In this document: one piece after another, positions 48,087 through 57,218 of the stretch | Layout of the letters: every line of letters starts with the position of its first letter | Numbering within the stretch: the stretch's first letter is position 1 | From: Verrucomicrobiales bacterium | GTDB lineage: Bacteria > Verrucomicrobiota > Verrucomicrobiia > Verrucomicrobiales > DEV007 | Assembly: GCA_029210205.1 (NCBI GenBank) | Contig: JARGOD010000004.1 | Coordinates: forward strand, 13,842 to 77,841 | Direction: 5' to 3' | DNA: 64,000 nucleotides | Notes under the pieces: generated by a model | What the model was told of the DNA's origin: nothing | Database searches by the model: none | The model's input: only the letters and a program-made list of their open reading frames with translations | Made by a program: the position numbers and the translations under genes

Positions 48087-49049
48087 ATGGATATCCTCAC
48101 CACAATCCTCAATCCCGGCGTGCTTTTCTTCATTCTGGGATTCGTCGCCATCATGCTCAAATCGAATCTCTCGATTCCCGAGCCAGTTGTAAAATTCGTC
48201 AGCATCTACTTAATGCTATCCATTGGATTCAAAGGAGGCGTCAGCCTCCACTCATCGAGCCTCTTTGGGGACGGGATCCTTATCATCGTGATCATCATCG
48301 TGATGAGCGCGATAGTGCCGATCTACTCCTTCTTCCTGCTTCGGAAGAAATTGGGCGTCGCCGATGCTGCGGCCATTGGCGCTACTTATGGATCGAACAG
48401 TACTCTCACTTACATCACTGCTGCCGGATTCCTCACTTCCATTGGAGCGTCCTACGCTGGCTACATGACCGTCGCCCTCGTCGTCATGGAAACGCCCGCA
48501 ATTATCTTCGCCATTGTGATGGCTCAGATGTCACTGAAGGGCGCGGGTCAGAAAAACACCAAGGAAGTAATCAAGGAAGCCCTTACCGACGGGACCCTTC
48601 TCGTCCTCGTCGGTAGTATGGTGATCGGTTACATCCTCACCGCTCTTGGAACAGAAAAGTCCCCGCTCGCGACCTTTATCGGCGGTGACATGTTCACCGG
48701 AATGCTTGTTTTCTTCCTTCTCTACATGGGAACACTCGTCGGGCAGAAATTCAAAGAGATCGACTCGTTTCCTCCAATTCTCCTCGCCTTTGCTATCCTC
48801 GCGCCCATCTTCAACGGCATCATTGCGATTCTCCTCAGCATGCTCTTCGGGTTTGAGCACGGGGACGCGCTTCTCCTCACCATTCTCTGTGCTTCGGCTT
48901 CCTACATCGTCGCCCCCGCTATCCTGAAGGACGCCCTTCCTGAAGCGAATCCGGCGAAGTATCTCACGATGAGCATGGGAATCACCTTCCCGCTCAACAT
49001 TATCCTCGGCATCCCTGTCTACTGGTGGGCGATTACAAACTGGGTCTGA
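48087..49049 (+). CDS. SbtA-like sodium-dependent bicarbonate transporter family permease (Sbt_1/DUF897)
   Basis: About 10 TM segments, KSNLSIP, SIYLMLSIGFKGG, TYGSNS, METPAI, FFLLYMG, ASASYIVAPA and GITFPLNI. Confidence 0.85.
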   Translation: MDILTTILNPGVLFFILGFVAIMLKSNLSIPEPVVKFVSIYLMLSIGFKGGVSLHSSSLFGDGILIIVIIIVMSAIVPIYSFFLLRKKLGVADAAAIGATYGSNSTLTYITAAGFLTSIGASYAGYMTVALVVMETPAIIFAIVMAQMSLKGAGQKNTKEVIKEALTDGTLLVLVGSMVIGYILTALGTEKSPLATFIGGDMFTGMLVFFLLYMGTLVGQKFKEIDSFPPILLAFAILAPIFNGIIAILLSMLFGFEHGDALLLTILCASASYIVAPAILKDALPEANPAKYLTMSMGITFPLNIILGIPVYWWAITNWV

Positions 49050-49075
49050 GCCAGGATAGAATAGACCGCCCCTTC

Positions 49076-49110
49076 AACCGAATCCTTCCATAGGAAGGGT
49101 TCGGTTTTTT
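49076..49110 (+). terminator. Intrinsic terminator after the sbtA-like gene
   Basis: AACCGAATCCTTCC-ATA-GGAAGGGTTCGGTT followed by a T-run. Confidence 0.85.
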
Positions 49111-49124
49111 GTGGCGAAGGCATC

Positions 49125-51140
49125 CTACTCCGCCACCACTTTGATGATCTCTCTGGCAAGAACGTTCTTCTTCTGTGACGTCACGTAGCGAATCTCATAC
49201 ACGCCTGGCTCATCAGGTGCGGTGAGGTCTTGATCCTGCCCTTTTTCAACGTAGATGTAGTCGCCATATTTGTTGTCCGCGTCATCCGCTTCGATGATCG
49301 TTATATAGTCACGAGCGTGATCGGGACCCGTCCATTCCACTTGGAAGTCTTCGCCCGCAGCAACACTTTCGGGGATCTTCGTGAACTCTGCCGTTGCTGC
49401 GATCATTTTGATCGGAGCGCTCGCGAAGACGTTGCGATCTTCGGAGATGAATCGGATCTCGCAGGGGCCGACCAGCTCAGGCGACTGAAGTATCGTCGGT
49501 GATTCGCTCTTCTGGGTGTAAAAATACTTCGTAAATTTGTTCTCAGGGGCGTCGGCCGGAACGATTGTAATGAACCAGCCTTGATACTTTGGCCCGATCC
49601 ACTCTATTTCGACCTGACCTCCTGCGACTGCGGTTTCAGGCCCTTTCACGGATGCGGTCACGGCACGGACCGAAATGGGATAGCTCGCCAGAGTCGTTTT
49701 ATCTTGTCCCTCGATGTAGCGAATCTCATAGTCTTCCCCTGCTATCTCCAATGCTGTGATCGTCAGCTTTCCATCCTTGCTGTTCTTTGTGTAGCCATAC
49801 GAATTGTAGACGCCTTTGCCTGCATCCTGCTTTACCATTGTGATGTAGTCGCCTTGATTGTTTGGTCCTATCCAATCGATCGTGAGTGGAGCCCCGCCAT
49901 CGACCACGGCAGGGCCTGAAACGAGAACCTCTGCCTCTTTCACTTCGATGCTGCGACTTGCGAGTGTGAGGCCCTTTTGTCCCGTCACGTAGCGAATCTC
50001 GGCAGGGCCCACTTCAGTCAGCGCTCTAATCACCGCAGGTGCTCCATTACGGGTGTAGGCATACGACTCGTAGCGCCCCTGATCCGATCCTTTTGGAACG
50101 ATCGTGATGTAGTCCCCCTTGTTGTCCGGTCCAGTCCATTCCACGGCGATCTCTGATCCGGCGATGATTTCTTCAGGTGCTTTGAGTGTTGCCTCCACAG
50201 ATACCACCTCGATTTCGACTCTGCCGAGAACTTGTTTTTGGCCCTCGCCGACTAGATATCTCACCTCGCAAAGCCCGGGTTGCACCGGTGCAGTGAGAGT
50301 CAACGGCGTACCTTTTCGAGTGTAGGTGTAGTTGCCGTAACGATGATCTTCGGCTTTTTTGTCGATTACGGTGAGATAGTCCCCTTTGTTGTCGGGGCCG
50401 ATCCATTCGACTTCAAATTCCGATCCGGCAGGAACTGAAGCTGGTGCTGTGATGGTCGCCGGATCTAATTTCGGAGCGGGCATCGCGTCGGCTACCGGAT
50501 CGGTCAATGCTTCTACCGCCATTTCGAGGGCATCTTTTAAGGTCGCGGCATCACGTGCCTGAAGAAACTGTCCGCCGGTTTCATCGGCGAGGCAGCGAAA
50601 GCTGTCCGATTCCTCCGAAGTCAAATCAAAGGCCACGATGTGCGCTTTGAAGCTAATGCCTTTGGCAGCAAGCTCGCCTGCGAGAGCACAAGGGTCGCGG
50701 TCACAAGTCTCGAGGCCATCTGAAATGAGGATGACGTTCGCGACATTCTCTTCAAATTTCAAAAACTGCGCGGCCTGCTCCACGGCATCGGTCAGCGGAG
50801 TCTTTCCTTTAGGAATGATGCTGTTTACCTTCTCGAGAAAAGAACTTCGATCCCCCTTAGTCGGAGCGACAAGAAGCTCGATATCATCGCAGTTACCTTT
50901 TTCGCGGTGACCGTAAGCCATGAGGCCGATTTCAATATCAGGATCGAGCTTTCCCATTAAATCCGCGACCACTTCACGGGCAATTTCGACTTTCGGTTTA
51001 CCGTCAATCTGTCCCCACATAGAACCGGAGGCATCGAAGATAATGATGGTCTTTCCCTCGGCTTGGGACGTCATCGGGATGATAAGGCTGAGAAACAGTG
51101 CAAAGGTAATTAGGATCTGGCGAAGAGAGAGAAATTTCAT
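49125..51140 (-). CDS. Secreted VWA-domain protein with five tandem Ig-like repeats
   Basis: Signal peptide, MIDAS DASGSM, GKTPL and ISDGLETC, then five ~88-aa repeats with W(I/T)GP..xxGDYITI and E(I/V)RY. Confidence 0.88.
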   Translation of the reverse strand: MKFLSLRQILITFALFLSLIIPMTSQAEGKTIIIFDASGSMWGQIDGKPKVEIAREVVADLMGKLDPDIEIGLMAYGHREKGNCDDIELLVAPTKGDRSSFLEKVNSIIPKGKTPLTDAVEQAAQFLKFEENVANVILISDGLETCDRDPCALAGELAAKGISFKAHIVAFDLTSEESDSFRCLADETGGQFLQARDAATLKDALEMAVEALTDPVADAMPAPKLDPATITAPASVPAGSEFEVEWIGPDNKGDYLTVIDKKAEDHRYGNYTYTRKGTPLTLTAPVQPGLCEVRYLVGEGQKQVLGRVEIEVVSVEATLKAPEEIIAGSEIAVEWTGPDNKGDYITIVPKGSDQGRYESYAYTRNGAPAVIRALTEVGPAEIRYVTGQKGLTLASRSIEVKEAEVLVSGPAVVDGGAPLTIDWIGPNNQGDYITMVKQDAGKGVYNSYGYTKNSKDGKLTITALEIAGEDYEIRYIEGQDKTTLASYPISVRAVTASVKGPETAVAGGQVEIEWIGPKYQGWFITIVPADAPENKFTKYFYTQKSESPTILQSPELVGPCEIRFISEDRNVFASAPIKMIAATAEFTKIPESVAAGEDFQVEWTGPDHARDYITIIEADDADNKYGDYIYVEKGQDQDLTAPDEPGVYEIRYVTSQKKNVLAREIIKVVAE

Positions 51141-51255
51141 GAATAAAAGAGGTTCCTAGGAGTCCACGAATGAGAGCGGCATTCTATGCAATTTTTGTAA
51201 ATTTTTCTCTACATATCAGGATTTTGGTGTGACCGATAGAGCCATATCTATCGCC

Positions 51256-52110
51256 ATGGACCTCCAAAATATTGACGCCTCTCAAATCGACATCAGCAAA
51301 GTTTTCATCCAGTATTTTATCCCCTGGGCGACGAACTTCCTGTTTGCCTTAGCGATTTTCCTGATCGGATCAGCTGTTTCCAAGTGGATTGTCAAATTGG
51401 TCGGAAAAGCCCTCGGCAAGTCCACGTTGGACCCGATGTTGATTGACTTCCTCAAAAATATCCTTCGTTGGGTCTTGATGCTTCTCGTGATCGTGGCTGC
51501 TCTCGATCAGCTTGGAGTTGATACAACTTCTTTCATCGCAATTCTCGGCGCGGCGGGCCTGGCCGTTGGTTTGGCTCTGAAGGATTCGCTCCAAAATTTT
51601 GCTTCAGGTGTCATGCTCATCATGTTTCGACCATTTCGAACCGGCGACTACATTGAAGCCGCCGGGACGGCAGGTGTTGTCGAAGAGATTCGCATTTTCA
51701 GCACGCAGCTTAGAACTCCTGACAACAAGGAAGTTATTGCTCCCAACGGGGACATTTATAGCGGAGTTATAGTCAATGTGACGGCCAAAAACACCCGACG
51801 TATTGATCTAGTGGTCGGGATTGGTTATGACGACGACCTTAGGAAAGCGAAGCGCATTCTCGAAGAGTTGGTCAGTGAGGACGAGCGGGTCTTGAAAGAT
51901 CCTGCCCCATTTGTCGCCGTCGGAGAGCTTGGAGGATCGAGCGTCGATCTTCTTGTTCGGCCTTGGACGAAAACGTCCGACTACTTTGCCACAAAATGTG
52001 ACCTGACTGAGCGGATCAAGCTCGCGCTGGATGATGCGGGAATTTCGATCCCCTATCCACAGATGGACGTGCATCTCGATTCCAGTGGTGAGAGACCAGA
52101 TGCCGGTTAG
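51256..52110 (+). CDS. mscS: Small-conductance mechanosensitive channel
   Basis: Three TM segments, GAAGLAVGLALKDSLQNFASG, RPFRTGD, RRIDLVVGIGY and ISIPYPQ. Confidence 0.93.
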   Translation: MDLQNIDASQIDISKVFIQYFIPWATNFLFALAIFLIGSAVSKWIVKLVGKALGKSTLDPMLIDFLKNILRWVLMLLVIVAALDQLGVDTTSFIAILGAAGLAVGLALKDSLQNFASGVMLIMFRPFRTGDYIEAAGTAGVVEEIRIFSTQLRTPDNKEVIAPNGDIYSGVIVNVTAKNTRRIDLVVGIGYDDDLRKAKRILEELVSEDERVLKDPAPFVAVGELGGSSVDLLVRPWTKTSDYFATKCDLTERIKLALDDAGISIPYPQMDVHLDSSGERPDAG

Positions 52111-52135
52111 GTTCCAACCCGCAGAGGAACCGGAC

Positions 52136-52161
52136 TCCTCAAGGCATTTTCGTCTTGAGGA
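52136..52161. terminator. Hairpin between the convergent mscS and holB genes (possible terminator)
   Basis: TCCTCAAG...CTTGAGGA 8-bp inverted repeat without a clear U-tract. Confidence 0.4.
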
Positions 52162-52182
52162 TGAAAGTGAAACTTCCAAGCC

Positions 52183-53163
52183 TCACGCGAACGCACGGAT
52201 GAACCCAACCTCAAGCGCGAGTGCTTCGAACACATTCGTGCTCAGATTAGTTCTCAGTTTTTCCACCGCTTCGATGCGCTGACCCAACTCATCGACCGTG
52301 AAATGAGCGGCAAGATCTCTCGTTGCTTCCGCGTATTCCGGTAAGTCCAAATTAGCCCCGCCATTCTGCTGACGCATCGCATCGCCGAACCACATCATGA
52401 GGTAGTCGATGAGACGATTTCGCTTTTCCAGATACTCAGCCTCGGTCAGTGCTTTATAGTATTCCTCACGGCGCTTGAGATAGTCGCCTTCCATTCTCTG
52501 TCGATAGTGAGCCGACTCAGCCTTAAGTGCGTCATCGTTCCGCTTCGCAATCACTGACTTCTCCTCTTTCAGGATTGCAGCGAACTGTGACATGAGTCCT
52601 AGAGCACCGGATATCCCCCCTTTCCCACTTTCAGCATGATTCTTCAAAGAATCGAGAAGAGCACATGCTGATTCGCTGAGATGCTCTGGCCGGATGCCGC
52701 CTGCGAGAGGGATATTTATGCATCGCGACAAGATCGTTTCGAGGAGCATCTCCGGCCGTGAACTCAAGAGTAGGACTCGACTTCGATTAGGCGGTTCTTC
52801 AAGCGTTTTCAGGAAAGCGTTCGCCGCCTGCTCATTCATGCGATCCGCATCCTTAATCACCGCAAATTTAGTGGCTCCGTCCGGAGCTGACATGTGGACA
52901 ATGTGTTCGAGGGCTCTGATCTCATCAACTTTGACCACTCTTGACTTCGATTTCGGACCAATCACCGCGATGGTGCTGGATTCGAGGTCTTCAAGCTTCG
53001 TCGCCTGCGAGTCTATTCCCGCATTAACCATGCGGATCATTTCGACAGCGAGCTTTTCCTTCCCGCTGCCGACCGGTCCTGTGATCAAATATGCGTGGGC
53101 AAGACGTCCATTGTCTTTAGCAAGTCCGATCAATTCGATTGCTTTCTCGAAAGAAAAACTCAT
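52183..53163 (-). CDS. holB: DNA polymerase III delta' subunit
   Basis: RLAHAYLITGP, VDEIR, DADRMNEQAANAFLKTLEEPP and TILSRC. Directly downstream of tmk with a 4-nt overlap. Confidence 0.92.
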   Translation of the reverse strand: MSFSFEKAIELIGLAKDNGRLAHAYLITGPVGSGKEKLAVEMIRMVNAGIDSQATKLEDLESSTIAVIGPKSKSRVVKVDEIRALEHIVHMSAPDGATKFAVIKDADRMNEQAANAFLKTLEEPPNRSRVLLLSSRPEMLLETILSRCINIPLAGGIRPEHLSESACALLDSLKNHAESGKGGISGALGLMSQFAAILKEEKSVIAKRNDDALKAESAHYRQRMEGDYLKRREEYYKALTEAEYLEKRNRLIDYLMMWFGDAMRQQNGGANLDLPEYAEATRDLAAHFTVDELGQRIEAVEKLRTNLSTNVFEALALEVGFIRAFA

Positions 53164-53804
53164 CCCTGAACCCCTCCAAGTCGGGAGTTAAAGCAGGCGT
53201 CAATCGCAGCTGAGACTTCATCGATGCTCGCTGAAGCGTCAATCACTGCGATGCGTTCCGGGTCTGCGGCCGCGAGCTCCAGATATCCCTTCCGAACAAG
53301 CTCGAAGAAATCGAGAGGTTGATCTTCCATCCGGTCCTTTTTTCCTCCGCTCGCTGCGACGGCGCGGGCGTGACCGATCGTGACATCGAGATCGAGTAGA
53401 AGCGTGAGGTCAGGCATCGCCCTCCCAACCGCAAAGCGATTGATCGCAGTCACCGCGTCAAGATCAAGGCCTCTCCCTACTCCTTGATAGACTGCCGTTG
53501 AATCAAGAAAGCGATCCGCAACGACCCAACTCCCGGCTTCCAGAGCGGGCTCAATAACCCGCCTGACGAGCTGGGCGCGGCTCGCAGCAAAAAGAAGCAA
53601 TTCGCTCTCACTGGTGAGATCGGCCGTCTCCTCATCAAACTGAAGAAGATTCCGGATTTTTTCCCCCACGACGGTTCCCCCAGGCTCGCGGGTTTGAATA
53701 ACCTCGATGGCGTGTTTTTCCAGCGAGGCGACGAAGCGTTTGATCTGGGTGGACTTGCCGCACCCCTCAGATCCCTCAAAAGTGATAAATTTCCCGCGTT
53801 GCAT
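53160..53804 (-). CDS. tmk: Thymidylate kinase
   Basis: FITFEGSEGCGKSTQ, TREPGG, DRFLDS, YQG and PDLTLLLD. Confidence 0.96.
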   Translation of the reverse strand: MQRGKFITFEGSEGCGKSTQIKRFVASLEKHAIEVIQTREPGGTVVGEKIRNLLQFDEETADLTSESELLLFAASRAQLVRRVIEPALEAGSWVVADRFLDSTAVYQGVGRGLDLDAVTAINRFAVGRAMPDLTLLLDLDVTIGHARAVAASGGKKDRMEDQPLDFFELVRKGYLELAAADPERIAVIDASASIDEVSAAIDACFNSRLGGVQG

Positions 53805-53878
53805 CAAAGGCTTTTGCATCTATGAATGGCAGCAAGAGGATTGTCTAATTGAAAATAAACTGACTAACCTACTTCATT

Positions 53879-54331
53879 ATGTCCAGCTCATCCGAAATCA
53901 CCTTTGGCTCCCGTGAGGATCGCAAACTTCTTGAAAAAGGGCACACCTTTTCTCCTAAATTCGACGACAACGGACTCATTGTCGCGATCGCTCAGGATGC
54001 CGACACCAACGAGGTCCTCATGGTTGCCTACATGAATGAGGATTCACTTAAGCAAACCCTCGAGCTTGGTGAGGCGGTTTACTACTCCCGCAGCCGGCAG
54101 GAAATCTGGCACAAAGGAGCCACTTCGGGACACACTCAAGTCGTTGAGAAAATCCTCACCGACTGTGATCAGGATGCACTCGTTCTCAAGGTCCGCCAGC
54201 ATGGCCCTGGATGCTGCCATGCCGGATACCGATCTTGCTTTTACAGAAATATACAAGAGCCGGGTAGCCCCGTAGCCTTGGGGCAGGAAATCGAGGATCA
54301 GTCCTACGATCCGGACAAGGTTTACAGTTGA
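53879..54331 (+). CDS. hisI: Phosphoribosyl-AMP cyclohydrolase (monofunctional)
   Basis: VLMVAYMN, YYSRSR, WHKGATSGH, DCDQD and CHAGYRSCF. Confidence 0.95.
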   Translation: MSSSSEITFGSREDRKLLEKGHTFSPKFDDNGLIVAIAQDADTNEVLMVAYMNEDSLKQTLELGEAVYYSRSRQEIWHKGATSGHTQVVEKILTDCDQDALVLKVRQHGPGCCHAGYRSCFYRNIQEPGSPVALGQEIEDQSYDPDKVYS

Positions 54332-54340
54332 CGGTCTAGG

Positions 54341-54419
54341 CTCCTCTTCATACTCCTACTCCTCATCATCTTTCTTACTTTCAGTGACCTCATCTGGATA
54401 GAGTAAGAAGAGGATTAAG
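54341..54419. repeat. Pyrimidine-tract / purine-tract element with hexamer periodicity and a hairpin
   Basis: CTCCTC TTCATA CTCCTA CTCCTC ATCATC ... TTCTTACT (54372-54379) pairs with AGTAAGAA (54402-54409) within GAGTAA GAAGAG GATTAA. Confidence 0.5.
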
Positions 54420-54470
54420 CGTACGAAGAATAATCATTTATTCTCCCACTTCACATTTTTCCCCCGATTT

Positions 54471-56444
54471 ATGAAATCCCTCTGGTCCAACTCCGACGCG
54501 AAGAAATTCAAAGGCGATCTTGGAAAGCGTGTTTACACCTCACGACTCCTTGGCGCGAACCCTGAGCTAGTCCTTCACGGCGGCGGGAATACTTCGGTGA
54601 AAACCACCGAGAAAGACTTCTTCCGCGACAAAGTCGATATTCTTCATGTTAAAGGGTCCGGTTGGGATCTCGGCACGATCGAAGCCGCAGGTTTTGCACC
54701 TGTACGGATGGAGGCACTTCTCAAGATGGCGGAGCTCGATTCCCTCAGCGATCCTGAAATGGTGAAGCAGCAGCGGGCCGCGATGCTGGAACCAAGTGCA
54801 CCGAATCCAAGTATTGAGGCGATACTCCACGCGATCATTCCGCAGAAGTTTGTCGATCACACCCACGCCAACGCCGTTGTTGCACTGACAAACCACAAAC
54901 TTGGCCGTCAGGCTGTCGATGAAGTCTACGGAGACCGAGTCGTCGTCGTTCCCTACGTCATGCCCGGCTTCGATCTAGCCAAGGCCGTTCAGAAGGCGCT
55001 CAAAAATGTCGATCCGTTCAAGCTCGATGGGATCATCCTCATGAATCACGGAATCTTCACGATGCACGACGACGCGAAGACCAGTTATGAACTCATGATC
55101 CAATTGGTAACCGAGGCTGAAATCTACATTTCTACGAAGCTCGGCAAAGGATTTTCCTTTCCCACCGCCAAACCTGATGAAGACCTCCTCGCCCTTTCGG
55201 AAATCCGCGGCAAAGTCTCTGCTCTTCGAGGCGTGCCTGTGATTGCCTCACTCGATCAGTCACCTCAGGCTGCGGGCTTCGCGAGTCGCGCGGATGTAGG
55301 CAAAATTGCAACCCGTGGCCCGCTCACTCCGGACCACACGATCCGCACGAAGCGCGTCCCTGTCGTGATCGGCAATGACAGCGGCAAGTCACTGGATAAG
55401 TATGCCGCCGATTATGCCAAGTATTTCGAAAAATACAATGAGGGCGAAACGATGCTGGCACCGGATCCCCGCTGGGCGGTCTGGCAGGACAAAGGGATCA
55501 TTGCTTTCGGCGCGACCGAGAAAGAAGCAGGCGTTCTGACCGATATTTCCACGAGCACTTGGCGCACCATCACTCAAGCTGAAGGGGCCTTCGAGGGCGG
55601 CTGGAAGGCTCTCCCCGCCGGTAAACTTTTCGAAATCGAATACTGGGAGCTTGAGCAAGCCAAGCTGAAAAAAGGCGGCAGCGCTCCACCTCATCAGGGT
55701 AAAGTCGCGATCGTGACCGGTTCCGCCGCGGGTATTGGATTCGCCTGCGCCCAATCACTTGCTGAGCAGGGTGCGAAAGTTATTGGCATCGACCTCAGTC
55801 CCGAGATTGAGGCCCAGATGGAATCCATTGGGGGTATTGGCATCATCGCGAACCTCACTGATGATAAGAAGGTCATCGAAGCAGTCGAAGGCGTAGTCCG
55901 AAAATTCGGTGGCATCGACGTTGTCGTGAGCAATGCCGGGATCTTTACAGCTGGAGCCTACCTCGAAAATCTCGAAGGCAAAAACTGGGACCTCTCAATG
56001 GCCGTCAATCTGACGAGCCACCAGAAGCTGCTCAAGTACACGATCCCATTTCTAAAAAACGGAATCGACCCCGCTGTTGTTCTCGTTGGTTCACGAAACG
56101 TTAACGCCCCCGGTGCCGGCGCCGCGAGTTACTCCTGCGCGAAAGCCGGCCTAACCCAGCTCTGCCGCGTCGCCTCTCTCGAGCTCGCTCCTTTCGGTGT
56201 GCGTTGTAATATTATTCATCCCGACGCTGTCTTTGACACCAAGCTCTGGACCGAGGAAAATCTCAAGCGCTCTGCTGAGCGCTACAACATGACGGTCGAG
56301 GAGTACAAGACCCGAAACCTCCTCAAAACCGAGATTAAATCCAAAGATGTCGGCAACATGGTCGCCGCGATGGCTAGCCCGCTCTTCGGCAAAACCACCG
56401 GCGCGCAGGTTCCCGTTGACGGCGGGAACGACCGGGTGATTTAA
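54471..56444 (+). CDS. Bifunctional class II aldolase / short-chain dehydrogenase (RhaD/RhaEW-like)
   Basis: LVLHGGGNTSVK, KGSGWDL, PSIE, DHTHA, NHG and YWELEQAK, then SDR motifs TGSAAGIG, SNAG and YSCAK. Confidence 0.9.
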   Translation: MKSLWSNSDAKKFKGDLGKRVYTSRLLGANPELVLHGGGNTSVKTTEKDFFRDKVDILHVKGSGWDLGTIEAAGFAPVRMEALLKMAELDSLSDPEMVKQQRAAMLEPSAPNPSIEAILHAIIPQKFVDHTHANAVVALTNHKLGRQAVDEVYGDRVVVVPYVMPGFDLAKAVQKALKNVDPFKLDGIILMNHGIFTMHDDAKTSYELMIQLVTEAEIYISTKLGKGFSFPTAKPDEDLLALSEIRGKVSALRGVPVIASLDQSPQAAGFASRADVGKIATRGPLTPDHTIRTKRVPVVIGNDSGKSLDKYAADYAKYFEKYNEGETMLAPDPRWAVWQDKGIIAFGATEKEAGVLTDISTSTWRTITQAEGAFEGGWKALPAGKLFEIEYWELEQAKLKKGGSAPPHQGKVAIVTGSAAGIGFACAQSLAEQGAKVIGIDLSPEIEAQMESIGGIGIIANLTDDKKVIEAVEGVVRKFGGIDVVVSNAGIFTAGAYLENLEGKNWDLSMAVNLTSHQKLLKYTIPFLKNGIDPAVVLVGSRNVNAPGAGAASYSCAKAGLTQLCRVASLELAPFGVRCNIIHPDAVFDTKLWTEENLKRSAERYNMTVEEYKTRNLLKTEIKSKDVGNMVAAMASPLFGKTTGAQVPVDGGNDRVI

Positions 56445-56498
56445 GATCGTGCCCCTAAAATCCGGTGGCTTCGGATTCCGCGGAAGGTTCCCGTGTTC

Positions 56499-56798
56499 CT
56501 ATCCTCCGAAGCCTGTAGCTTTTGCAGAAAGCCTCGACCGACGAATCTCATCCAGCGTTGCTAGTGCGACTAGAAGGAGGATGCAGGCGTAAACGATGAT
56601 GGGAGCTGCCCATTCCTTAAGGGCATCTCCTTTCAACTCTCTAGATATTTCTTCGATCTCAAACTGATAAGAAGATCGATGTGATGCCTGCTCAGCTGCA
56701 ATCTCATCGAGGACGAAGTTCGCTGTCCATCCTCCACAAAACAGTAGGCCGCAGAAAATGATGATACCCAGGAAGATTCTGATACGAACCAGGATCAT
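56499..56798 (-). CDS. Small hypothetical two-TM membrane protein
   Basis: 99-aa ORF with two hydrophobic segments, filling an otherwise empty gap. Confidence 0.5.
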   Translation of the reverse strand: MILVRIRIFLGIIIFCGLLFCGGWTANFVLDEIAAEQASHRSSYQFEIEEISRELKGDALKEWAAPIIVYACILLLVALATLDEIRRSRLSAKATGFGG

Positions 56799-56879
56799 GC
56801 GCTAAGGGAACGGAATTCACTAAACTTTGTCGGACAAGGCTTGAGGTGCATGGCAGGCTTTGTTCGCGGGGGCAGAGAC

Positions 56880-56911
56880 AAAAAAAGGCGATCCGCATGG
56901 ATCGCCTTTTT
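56880..56911. terminator. Strong bidirectional intrinsic terminator downstream of the small basic protein gene
   Basis: AAAAAAAGGCGATCC-GCAT-GGATCGCCTTTTT, a perfect stem flanked by A- and T-runs. Confidence 0.88.
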
Positions 56912-56934
56912 CCGAAATTTCTAGTAAAACGCCC

Positions 56935-57141
56935 CTATGATTTCTCCGCTGCAGCAGCTTCAATCTTCTTCGGGTGTTTAAGCGCAGTGAGGACATCGCG
57001 AGAGTTCATTTGCTCGACGACCTTCTCGTCCATGCCAAGAGCAATGAGGCGCTTTTTCTGGTCACGGCGACGACGATTCTTCTTGCCAGCAGCCTTCTTA
57101 GGGCGAGTCCGGTTCTTATTGCGTTCTAATGTCGTTCCCAT
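56935..57141 (-). CDS. Small very basic protein (68 aa) of unknown function
   Basis: Lys/Arg-rich N-terminal half and helical C-terminal half. Has its own terminator and a candidate promoter. Confidence 0.8.
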   Translation of the reverse strand: MGTTLERNKNRTRPKKAAGKKNRRRRDQKKRLIALGMDEKVVEQMNSRDVLTALKHPKKIEAAAAEKS

Positions 57142-57218
57142 GAGTAAAAATCAGTGCGTAGTCTTTTTGGTGACCGGGCCCGGGGCTCTCGGTCTCCCCT
57201 TGGAAGCAGGGAGCGGGA

